From Podarcis melisellensis (Eukaryota), in assembly GCA_964234715.1 (NCBI GenBank), contig OZ174282.1: a stretch of DNA of 64,000 bases; one strand, 5' to 3'. Below the pieces are notes generated by a model. That model saw only the letters and a list, made by a program, of their open reading frames with translations. It was not told the origin of the DNA and did no database searches. Below are positions 14,001 through 25,025 of this stretch, one piece after another (position 1 is the first letter of the stretch; every line of letters starts with the position of its first letter). The position numbers and the translations under genes are program-made.

Positions 14001-14639
14001 GCACTCAGATACCATTTGTCAGCCAATGTGCTGCTGTGCATCTCCACCACGCAGAGTAGCCTGTCAGAAACAGTCCACAAAGGCAGAAGTACCTGAGCAG
14101 AGCTGCATCCATTATCTGGAACAGTCAGTTCTAGACTTTGTCCTCCTTCAAAAACAAGACTCCTTGGGGAGCTTGATTCAGTCATCCAGATACAGCCCCT
14201 TTACTTTCCAGCAACACAGCACATGATCAGCATAATAACCCACCTGTGCCCTCAACCCTAACTCTGGGTAGGTTTCCAAGGGGCCTTAGACCTGATCCCC
14301 AGGGACACCTGGTGAGCCTGTAGGCCTCATTTTTCCTCCATGAAATAGAGCAGCTGTGAAAAACATTGCAAGAAAATGCCAGGCCCACGTGGATTTCCCA
14401 GTCTGCTTCCACAGGTGAACAACCACAATCTAATTTTGGATGCAAACAGAAAGAAGATAGCCAAGAGGCTAAGCGGCTTGATCACCCAAGAACTCAATGG
14501 TGCCAACATGTCTGGCAGCTGATGCCCCAGATACACCTTGCAAACTTGATAAAGCTGTGGGATAAATAGCAAACAGTAACAACCACTGAAGAAACCAGCC
14601 ACTAGTTTTGCAGGCATACCAGTCACGGGGGTATGTGTG

Positions 14640-14978
14640 CAGTGCTGTATTTATGTGTAAGCTAAACAAGCTATAGCTTAGGACCCCAGTCTCTTGGGGC
14701 CCACCAAAAAATTTAAAGGAAAAAAAACCTGGATGTACATTTCCAAAATATATGATAAAAAAACAAATAAAGCCTACATACAGCAATAGTGTTTTGTGTT
14801 TTGTAGGCTCCTATGATGTAAGAAATGGGCCACGCTTGCTAGCCTGCTCCCTAAAAGATCACTGGTTTGCTCATTTCTAACAGCAACAATTTGTTGTTGA
14901 CAAAGGACAGCTGGACATAGAAAGGGCCCCATTACCTTCAGTAGCTTAGGGCCTCATCAAACCTAAATCCGCCCACTA
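14640..14978. mobile_element. Non-autonomous DNA transposon (hAT-like MITE) bordering the CpG island
   Basis: Imperfect terminal inverted repeats CAGTGCTGTATTTA...TAAATCCGCCCACT and internal repeated TAGCTTAGG(A/G)CC motif near both ends. Confidence 0.55.
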
Positions 14979-15110
14979 AGTGTCGGGCGGCCACTCCCTT
15001 TGGGCAGTGGAGGGCGAGCCAGCAGTACCCTAGCAGGAGGGGACAGGATGTTGCTGGGGGACACCTCCTAGTACAAAGGGAGACCTAATTAAGGGAAAGA
15101 GGGGAGATAC

Positions 15111-15241
15111 CTTGCGAGCGCCTTCCGGATTCTCCTCCAGCTGGATTCCCACGCAGTGCAGGCGCTCTTGGTAGAGGGTGCGGAGCTCTCCAAAGAGACG
15201 CTTCAGGGCACGAGAGGCCGGAGGGCGGCCCAGGCATTCTG
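15111..15241 (-). CDS. Exon 2 of the coiled-coil gene: (A)ECLGRPPASRALKRLFGELRTLYQERLHCVGIQLEENPEGARK
   Basis: Branch-like CTGAT, acceptor CCTTTCTCCCCAG(CAG) and donor AAG|GTATCT. Open frame with helical character, phase 1 to 0. Confidence 0.72.
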
Positions 15242-15439
15242 CTGGGGAGAAAGGCGGCCATCAGAACCGGGAGACGGGGAGATCCGAGGGTGGGGGCGCC
15301 TCCTCCTCCTCCTCCAGACCCCGCCCTTGTTCCCCGGTGGACACGAGGCGGGGGATGGGAGGGGTCCGCGAGGGATGCCTTTGGGGGAGGGGCTTTCTCG
15401 GAGGGGCAAGGGGCGCGTTCCCTGCTACGGCCTCCTCAC

Positions 15440-15476
15440 CGCAGGCCTCTTCGCGCTCCGGCGCCTCCATCTCCAT
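15440..15476 (-). CDS. Exon 1 CDS of a coiled-coil protein gene (PMFBP1-like candidate): MEMEAPEREEAC+G
   Basis: ATG in strong context (GAGATGG) inside the CpG island. Donor CG|GTGAGG, phase 1, compatible with exon 2. Confidence 0.6.
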
Positions 15477-16919
15477 CTCCTGCTTCAAACGGGGCCGCCG
15501 CTAGTCCTTCTCCCCGCCCACTAAGTGATGGGCACGCCACTCGGCCAACGGCGATGGAGTGCCGGATCTGGGCCCGCCTTCTCCCCCGTCAGAACCCAAT
15601 CACCGCTGCCTGGGGCGGAGAGCCGCGCAACGGACCTTTCCGAGCTGGAGTCGCTCTACCTTGCTGGCACCTGGAAGGCCGAAAGCGGCTTAGGCGATTG
15701 GCTTTTGGTTCTCCCTTCGGCCAATAAGGAACGAGGTATTGCAGGCAAGCTCGGCAGACGGGAGAGCGGACGCCGGTCACCATGGCGACCGCGCGGTAGA
15801 GACACTGCGAGGGGGCGACACGCCCTCTTGTCTTTCAGGCCAGGGGAGGCAGGCCGGTGTGGCAACCCGGCCTTCCTCCCCGCCCCAAGCCAAGGCCCAG
15901 CCCTGCCCTTTGCGAAGCGCCGGTACCTTCGGGCAGTCGCCCGTGAATGCGGACTCCAGCCCCGCGGAGGGCACACACAGGCACCGGGCCTTTCTGGGGG
16001 TCTTCAGGTTCCGCTGCTCGAGCGCCTGTTGGGCTCGTACGGTGAAGCTGCCGCCAGGCGGGCAGGATGATCCGGCCGCGAATGTTGTGTGGAAGTAGAC
16101 TGCCATTGGCCATGGAGGCTCCATTGAGATGCCAAGCCTAACAGCGAGGTTGGAACTCCGCCTCGTCTTTTCATGTGGGTGGGTGTCCCGCCCCAGTGTA
16201 GGCAGCGGGGTGTGGGTTTTGCGGAGGGCGGCGCTTCCTCCTATTCATCCTAAGTCCACCCGCAGTCAAATTTATTTAATCACAACCCCCCTCCTGCAAC
16301 AGTCCAAATATGAGAGAAGAAGGAAAACGTGGGCCCACTTTCCTTCTCTGCACTGGTGCCTCTTGCTCAGCAGTCTCAGTGTCCCCAGAGTGGCCAAGCT
16401 GTTGCTTCTGGGAAACCGCAAAGCAGCCGGACATCTCCTTGGCAGTCATGGATGCAAATGCTGATGGCAATAAGAGAGGATAAGACTAAGGTGCTACTGG
16501 ACAATTTTTTAAAAATAAATAAATTATTTATTTATTTCAATTGCATCAGACCAACACAGCTACCTCCCTGAACCATGGAAGAGGATGAGGCTAGCCACTA
16601 GCATTGAGGAGAACCAGGTTCTTCCTCTACAAATTGAGGCAGTTTGCTTTTCACAGGGATTACCAAGTGGTGGAGATAATATTGCATTCAGACCTTGCCC
16701 TTCAGAGGCACCACCTCTGATCCTAGAGGTCCTAGACACAGCTATCATGACTATAAGCACCAGCAGCAATATGACCAGCTGCTACCAACCCCAGCAAGCA
16801 CGACCAATGAACAGGTATGATGGGATTTGTAGTCTGAGAAGTTTAGTCAGCCCTATTGATAGCAGGTTAAATCTCTATAGCTAGCAGGAGAGAGCTGGCT
16901 TAGTGCTCTTGGACAATGT

Positions 16920-17060
16920 AGAGCAGGTGTGGGGGAGAACTCTGGCCCTCCAGATGTTGCTGAATTACAACTCACATCATCCCTAGACATTGGCCATGCT
17001 TGCTGGGGCTGAAAGAAATTGTAGTTTAGTAGCATCCAAAGGTTCCCAAAGCCTAGTGTA
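16920..17060. mobile_element. Palindromic hAT-like MITE (related copies ~8450-8530, ~16780-16860, 61763-61873)
   Basis: Shares GGCCCTCCAGATGTT...ACTACAA.TCCCATCA...GTTGTAGT core with the 61763 copy. Confidence 0.6.
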
Positions 17061-20000
17061 GAAGCAGGTTGAGTAGCACTGAACCCATTCACTTCAGCTG
17101 AAGGAGCAGCACATGCAGGAACCCATTTTGTATGTGCAGCTCTACATCCCATAATAGGCAAACTCTCTACATTAAATTTGCTACCCATTGCTTACTGCCA
17201 TGCTGATAGTCTAGGTCCTGGGCCCTCCTGACAACAATGCCAAGTCTTCCCTGCCAAGCTGCCTTCTGCTTTACCTTCCTCACCTTCAGCTGTATTGTGC
17301 CACAGAACATGTGATGCTGTGCTTGGAGGGCACAAGAGTTGGCATGTGGCCTGAAGGAACCGGAGTTGTGTATGCTCTTCAGTGCAGTGCAACGAGCTCG
17401 CCTGGAATCTCACCAAGCCAAGGAAGACCAAATGCTGTTAAGTGAGTGGGGCTGGGTAGAAATCAAATCCTCTGCATGTGGCTGGTTCAGAGGATGAGAA
17501 ACAGGAAAATCTTTTTTCAGAGCAGAAGCTCAGACAGTGACTGACTCTTCTGGAACAGAGGAGAGAGAAAGGACACAAAAGAGACTGAGGGGAAGCTTGG
17601 ACAGCAACTGTTCTCAGTTAATCCAGAGCCCCCCAGTAAATAAAATTGTAGGCAGTTAATAAATTACAGAAATAGGGGAAAGAAGCATTTTAGGAGGCAG
17701 CTTAGTTCATCTGGAGGGTACCTGGCGAGCTCCTATTGTATGTTGGGGCGGAGGGAGGGAGGAAAGAGGGCTCTAAATTGCCTTTCAGCTCTTTTAAATT
17801 ATTTCTGCAGATCTTATTACAGGAGAGAAGCGGCTGCAGAACAACCCGGAATTCCAGCAGCCAACTGCCCACCAGACCTGTTATGAAAAAGTAGAAAGTG
17901 CATATATAGCCCACAAGCCTGGTGGAGGCAATAAAAGATGCCTTCGACTTCCATTCATCACTTTGTCATCTTCAGCTACATTCAGATAGTGGTTAGCAGA
18001 GCTCACAACATGGGCAAATTAACACATACGAGTCCCTTGCTGGCTTCCTCCTCTCATAGCTTCCCACAGGAGATATATATTCCATTTCCATGGCTCCTGC
18101 CTCCTCTCCTCTTTGGGCCCCATCCCAGATGGAAAGAAAAAAGAACTCTTAGGGTATGAAATGGGATGGGGGTGAAGAAAGGAGAGTGTGTCACAGGCAG
18201 CAGCAGTAGCAGCACAGCCAAGGGGCTGTACAGTTGCTATGAATTATTGTGGCAATGTGACACAGCTTTCCCCCTCCATCATACTGAAGCATGGTTGCTT
18301 CTGGTACTGAGGGGCTGAGAAGTTAAGAGATCTGCCCTAAAAGATTTGGCAGTGCAAAGAAGACAGCTTTGCCCTCAAACCCTGCTGCTCATAAGATGCC
18401 TGGAGGCACCTAGGTGGCCGTTGCTATCAGAACAGGGTAATGGGCTAGGTGGACCTTTTGTCTGATCCCATACAACTGCTCTTACATTCTTATACCCAGA
18501 GTATCTGTTGTGGAAGTTGCAGAGGGTGCAATGGAAACGTAACAGCTGTCCTACCCTGCCTGCAGCATCAGCTCTGGTGCGCCACTGCTCCCAAGAGCCC
18601 TTTTCTGTTCCTTCAGGGAAGAGGACCAACCTGGATCTTCTACTCTGTCCCTGAGCTCCAGCCCTCAGCCTCTTGCCTGGCCTTGAATAGCTGTCTGTCA
18701 GTGGCAATGCTGAGAAACTCAAAGCCAGTCTCCAAGAAATCCATGCCCCAGGTCTCTAGGGGCACAGCTGAGTTCCTGGAGATCACACAAATCATCTGGG
18801 ATCTCATCTCTTAAACTTTAAATCCACTGCCATAAGATATAAATAGCTTGGGCACAAGCCAATGTAATCTACCCTTCCACTGTGCAGTGTGTATATACAT
18901 GGACACTAAAAATAAACTACAACACAGAAACTGATCCTGCTGGATTAAGACAAATTTGGATTTTAATGCCCAGCTTTGCTCAGAGTCCTAGAGTTCAAGG
19001 GTCGATATAGTAGATTGCAAGAAGGGTATAGGTTAGTCAAGCCTCAACATTTTATCATAATAAACCAGATGTGGACAAAACACCAAGTTGAAGCCCATAA
19101 ATCTATTACAGTGAACTGTCAATGTCCCCCATGGCAGGGTCATTTGTTAATTCATAGCTGGGTCTCTTTTTTCAACAGACCTTGTAAACTCTTTCCTGAA
19201 ACATCAATAAACCATCTGCTTTGACTAGTTAATCAAATGACTTTATTCAGTCCAAAGCCATTTTTTCCTAATAAAAACAGAGTATTTATCTCCACGGCTA
19301 TAAAAGAGGATTGTTTTCAACTATTCACTTATAGTTAAGAAGCGCATTTAGTCTGGATTGATTTCCAATGCCTTGGTCATATCCTGTCACTTTCCATTTC
19401 TTACACACAACATCTCAGTTTAGCTACTTAGCAGCAAAAAAAACACATCCTAACTTGGGGCTGGGCACCAGTTCAGGGAGGCAGAAAAGTTCCCATCAGG
19501 ATTAAGAGCAGCATTCTCTGACAAGCAGTAGAAGGACAGGTGTCTCCTGCGCCTGTACGTCTTTCACATCTGGCATTCTGTTGCAGAGGACCCAACTCCT
19601 TTCCTGGGACTGGCTTTCTAAGGAAGGATATGTGCCCCAGAACTGCTCTGTAACTACAAATTCAATTGCAAAACAACCAAACTGCTCCCAGTTGCACTGA
19701 AGCAACCACGCGCTTTTAGGGATCATAACAAGTACATTAACTGCCCTTGTCTGTCTAGCAGAGCTCTGCCTTTGACAGTGCCAGGAAAACAGAGTCTTGG
19801 AGCCTTATGCCATTGGAGGCACCTGGTACAATCCTGAGTTCAGCTGCCGTACTCACTGTGAGGCCAATTCCTGGCCTCTCAACCCAACCAACTTGTCAGG
19901 GGTAAGTCTTAAAAAAAAAAAAGGCGGGTGGGCATTCACACAGGAAATACATACAAGAATCCGGTGCCCCAGTTCTGTCCTATCTGCCCCAGTGGGGAGC

Positions 20001-21305
20001 AGAGGGTGAGGAAGGCAAAGTCATTTATATAATGTGCCTCTCTGCTGTGTTTCTAATGGCCAGAGCTTTTGTTCTGCTGTTGCTGGCTGCCCATGACAGG
20101 CAGGAAGCCACAACCTCCCTTTATGCCATTGCCTTATTCAGCAATTTACATCCAGCATAAAAATCAAATATGCATGTTGCTATCGCCTCACCAACAGCAG
20201 TTTCAATTTTTGCCTTGCTGTATTCTAAATGGGGGGGGGGGCACAGATGGGCAGAGTCACTTTGCTAGACCTGAAACTTGAATTTCTGTCTGCTTTATTG
20301 CTAAGCGGTTGGATGGGAATGGCTGAATACAGCTTCCTAAGAAGGGAGTGCACAGAGAAGGCCTCTTGGGAGGAGGGACAGCAGCATCCACAGGGGGCAG
20401 ACTCCTTGGCTTCGACTGGACATAAGAGGGTCCATTGATGGGTCTTCTGGCAGCCTGGCTCTTGGAGCTCTTGAAGAGAAGGGGCAAGCTTTCTTGAGGG
20501 AATTTATTAAGGGAATTTCTGTCCAGGACAGCTAGCACCCCAAGACAGGACAGCCCAACAATGCTCACAGAGCTTCCCTCCTGGATTCCATGGAGTCACT
20601 GGACACACAGGGAGTTTCAGCCATCAGATCACTGCCAATTCTGAACAAAGTGAGAAAGCATTTCCAAGGCGAGATGGGCAGTGACTCAAGCTGACTCCAT
20701 GAAAAGACCCAGGAGCATCCACTCAGCTCTTATCCCTGCTCCATGTACACACCAAGCCCTTGCCCCGGGCACCTTTGACTGGCTCTCATCAAGGTGCTCC
20801 CTCCGGAGAGTCTGTCTAGAACTTCATCACCATTTTCATTTGGGGCAGCTCTTGAAGGCACAAGTGAAGCATCATTCAAGAATTTAGATTCCAATGGATT
20901 TTGGTCGTTTAAAAAGAGCAGCAATGCTGGAGCTATGCAGACAGTCATGCTCCCCTGAGCCCTAAGGTGGTGGGGAGGAGGCGAGAGGCTGCATCCAGAA
21001 ACTGAAGCCCAACAAGCCGCAGGGCAGAAGCCAGAACCAAATCAAGCTTCATTTCTCTTGCTTGTTCAGCTGGCAAAGGCAAACTGCATTGCCCAGGATA
21101 TCTTCTCTTCTTTTGCTTGAAGGCTAAGAGCCTTTCCCTTGGAAGCTAAGCAAGGAACACAGCTGGCTCCACCGCTGGGCATCCCAGGCCCCATCACAGC
21201 AGTAGCAGAGCTTTGGTCATCTCTGCTCCTTTGAGACTCAGCAGAAAGGAATGGAGGACTCCAGTCTCCATGATGACAGAATAAACTCCACAGGTTATTA
21301 CAAAT

Positions 21306-21425
21306 CATGGGCATAGCCGGGGGGGGGGGGCAGGGAGGGGCAGCTGCCCCCCAAGCAATAAAAAACAATAAAAATACATAGCAGAGGTTCTGCCACTCCT
21401 AACAAAAATCCTGGTCATGCCCATG
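21306..21425. mobile_element. hAT-type MITE with 8-bp target-site duplication
   Basis: TIRs CATGGGCATAGCCGGG / CCTGGTCATGCCCATG. Flanks TTACAAAT (21298-21305) and TTGCAAAT (21426-21433) are 7/8 identical. Confidence 0.75.
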
Positions 21426-23669
21426 TTGCAAATGACAAGAAATACAAGTAAAACAAAAAGCAACCCCCAGCACTGTAGGCAATGCTTATTTTGAGAATTC
21501 CCTGCTACAGTGTGCGCATGTGTGTGTGCACACGTGTGTGCACTCTTAAGTCAAACAACTCCTTTTGTTCCCCTCTGCTCTTTACCCTGTGCTGAGAAGG
21601 AAGTTGCCAGGACTTCCTAATGGTTATTGTAGGGTGCAATATCTTTCTCCAGCCTCCGCACACCCCTTATCTTCTTCCAGCTGCTTTAGTGCCCCATTGC
21701 TGGGCTTGCTTTCATAGGCAGGGATGAAGGCTTCCTCATGTTGTCTACAGCTCTGTCACATTCAGCACTCGATCCACTGCACTGCATACAACCAGTTTCA
21801 AACCTGCTGGTGTGGACAGCCTGAGGAAGGTGCCTCAGCCTTGGTGCCTGCCCATAAAAGCAAGCCTAGAGAGAGAGGCGAGGATGATGTCAGCAGGTCC
21901 CAGAAACCTTCTTTGTTGTGAGATATTGGGGGGGATTTGAGAGTTTGTTTGGGGCCTGGGTAGATGGGTGGAGTCCTGGGTAAAAGCCAGGGGGCTGAGA
22001 GGTGCTGAGTGAGGAAGTGTGTCAGAAGAAGGAATTTATATCAGTATTTATTTGTAATTTGCATTAATGGTTTTATTATATATTTTTGTAACTTTTTTTG
22101 TTTGTTTTAGTTTGCTATATATTACTTAAGAAATATTTATATATACATTGGCTGGCATAGAAATAGTCTAAATAAATAAATGTAGACTATGTGTTGAAAG
22201 CTGAACAGCCTCTTGATATCCTTCCCCTTCCATCACTCAAGCAGAGGTTGCTCCATGGTAGGAGGAAAAGGAGTTTTCCACATGCACAGAGGATACTCTC
22301 CAGTTGCCGGTAACCATGATAATGGAATAGAGCCACTGTCTGTGCTCCTGCACTATTATACTACTAACAGTCCGTATTTCAGAAGTAGGCAACATACTAG
22401 GGCCAGATGTTGGAAAGAAAAGTCAGGTTTTTGATGATGCAGGAATATTAGTGCTGCAGAAGTGTCTGGAATTGCCATTGTTCAAAGTATCCACTCCTTG
22501 CAAAGCCTCTAAACATTCTATGGATAGCACCTGAAGCCAAAATCGCATATAGTCAAAACACACTGGCTGCAATGGTGGGTGGGATGCCTGCTCCCTTTAT
22601 TTTTGCTAAGCACATAAAGCTGACTGTGTATAAGCTAAATATATGTTTGTTAAGAGCATATCAGCGAGCAAAAAACAAATTAAGAATTATCCATATTGCT
22701 CGTAATATCGTTCTTGTGGGGGGTGAGATGGTGTGGGGGCTTCAATTAAACCGCTAGAGTCAAACTATGGCCAAGAGTGAAGAGAAACTGAGGGCAGAGA
22801 TCTGCCAGGCTGCAGTTCTCAGCAGTTCATGGCTATATTGGAAATGTTTGCCTTTCGACCATCACCATCCATGCTTCACCATGTCTGGCAAAATAATATC
22901 TCTCTCTCCAATATCAGACCAAGTATTCCAGTAAGAAATGATAGAAGTACCTCTTTTACCCCTCCCCACACAGGTGCCTGGATCAGGGTGAGGGGGCATG
23001 CCATCTTCCCCGAAACAGGAATGAGAGACTGGCTATACTGGCAGGGTCAGCATCTACTTTGCAGGTCCAGGAAAAAGTACAAACTCATTTAGAGACCTAG
23101 TCTCATAATTCCTGTCACATCCATCTGGATCCCATTGATCTTTCCTTGCTCCCCACCCCCCACCCCAATGCTTCAGAGGCTCCTTCCTCTCCTGGCCTGT
23201 CACAAGAGGTGCTGTTAAATCAAAAAGGCAGCTTTAATCTTTCTGCTGTCTGACAAGGAGGGAGCAAAAGCTGGTGTTGGAACAAGAGCCCCTTGGAGTC
23301 ATACAGAGAGCTCCCTGGTGATGCTGCCAGCAGCCCTTCCCTTTCCCGGCTTCATGTGGAAGTTATTCATAAGCATCCTCATCTCTTCTCCATTGGTCTC
23401 ACTGATCAAAGACGGGAAACGGGAAACCCTTCTTGAAAAGTTGACTCTCCACTTCCAGCTCTTAACCTGAGAGGTGGGAGGGAGGGCAGGCACTTTGCCA
23501 GCACCTGTCTATGCATTTAGTAGGGGTTTTAAATTCTTCTGCAGCCCCATTTGAAAACAAAATGAAACCCACAGTTGGAGGCAGCAAAGCTTCTGAATAC
23601 CAGTTGCTGGAAATCACAGGAGAGTGCTCTTGTGCTTGAATCCTGCTTGCTGGTTTCCCACAGGCACTT

Positions 23670-24331
23670 GCTTCGATCACTGCAACCTCTACGTTAGATT
23701 ATTGCAATGTGTTATACATGAGGCTACCTCTGAAGACAGTTCGGAAACTTCAGCTGGTACAGAATTCGGTGGCCAGGTTGCTCAGCAGGGCAAGACAGTT
23801 TGAGCATATCACACTGATCTTGTCCTGACTGCACTGGCTGCCAATCAGTTTCGAGGCCCAATTCAAAGTTCTGTTTTTGACCTATAAAGCCATAAATGGC
23901 TCAGGACCACAATACCTCAAGGACCACCTCTCTCTGTATGAACCCAGCCAGACCCTGAGATCATCCTGTGAGGCCCATCTTTGTGTGCCTCCTCAGGAGA
24001 GGTCTGGAGAGTGGTAACACAAGAATGGGCCTTTTCTGCAGTGGCTCCCCACTTGTGGAATGTTCTCCCAGGGAGGTTCAGCTGGTGCCTTTGTTATACA
24101 GTACACCTTTAGGCACCAGGCGAAAATGTTCCTCATCAACCAGGCCTTTGACTGATTAACATCCTATATCCTTTGAAATATGTTGGTAGAAGGGGGAAAT
24201 TATTGGTTTGTTTTCTTCCTGTTCTTGCTTTTATTATGTATTTTGTGTTTTTTTATATTGTAATTTTATGTTGTAAACTGCCCTGAGATCTACAGATGAA
24301 GAGCAGTATACATATTTTAACAACAACAACA
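23670..24331 (+). mobile_element. L2 LINE 3' fragment with (CAA)n tail, inserted into a CR1 3' end
   Basis: Encodes degraded LDYCNVLY..LPLKTVRKLQLVQN..ARL...LHWLPI. The CR1 3' UTR halves lie at ~23575-23668 and 24332-24406. Confidence 0.75.
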
Positions 24332-24629
24332 ATCTGGTTAGCCACTGGGAGAACAGGATGCTGGACTAGATGAGCCATTAGCCTGATCCAGCCAGCTCTT
24401 CATATGAGATGGGGTGGATCTAGAGAAAGTCTTGGGCATGCAAAGGAAAGAGCCACCAAGCTTTCCTTTCTCCCCCCCCCCATACTTCAACCCACCATTG
24501 TTCTATTCTGCAGTGGACACTGTGAAGATAGCTGGGAATTGGGAAAACAGCTGGGCTCCTCATAAAGGAAGTTTTGGCCCACAGAAGAAATACTTAAGTC
24601 AATCGCTTCATTTAAAATTCCTGCAGCTG

Positions 24630-25025
24630 GTTCAGAACAAAGGGGCCCATCTAGTTGTCCAGCCACCCCTTCTCATAGGGACCAACCAGATGCAAGTAGG
24701 ACTTAAGTGCAACATTAGTGCTCTGCTCACTTGTGCTCCCCAGCAACTGGTGCAGACTGTGTTGGACTGTAGAGGTAGGACGTAGCCTGATCCTCCATGA
24801 TTTGTTTAATGCCCTTTTTAAAGTGGTCCAAGTTGGTGGCCACTACTATTTTGTGTGGTCATGAATTCTATCATCTAACTATTTGCAGTATGAACTTTCT
24901 GTTGCTTGTTCTGAAACATCTAATACTGGACAACCTCCATCAAGTTCTAGTGTTGTGAAAGGGAGATAAACCTCCACACATAATTTTTCACACCACCTTG
25001 CCCATTATTTTTTCTAAGCTAAAAA
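24630..25025 (-). mobile_element. Degraded CR1 3' fragment
   Basis: Similar to the 4646-5135 copy (GGCCCATCTAGT...CCAAGTTGGTGGC...GAATTCTATCATCTAACTA). Confidence 0.55.

Larger units (their letters stand above)
14980..16260. promoter_or_regulatory. CpG island promoter of the minus-strand coiled-coil gene
   Basis: Sharp rise in GC and CpG content against a CpG-depleted background. CCAAT boxes at 15596, 15697 (reverse) and 15721, GC box at ~15612, CHR-like TTTGAA (minus) at 15484-15489, X-box-like GTCACCATGGCGAC at 15776-15789. Confidence 0.88.

Noticed and set aside
15261-15263. In-frame TGA as selenocysteine, readthrough or pseudogene lesion
   Set aside because: It falls inside a well-defined 198-nt GT-AG intron.
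15156-16124. Multiple overlapping 100-180 aa ORFs in the CpG island
   Set aside because: Expected from stop-codon scarcity in GC-rich DNA. Only the spliced minus-strand model has splice-site and phase support.
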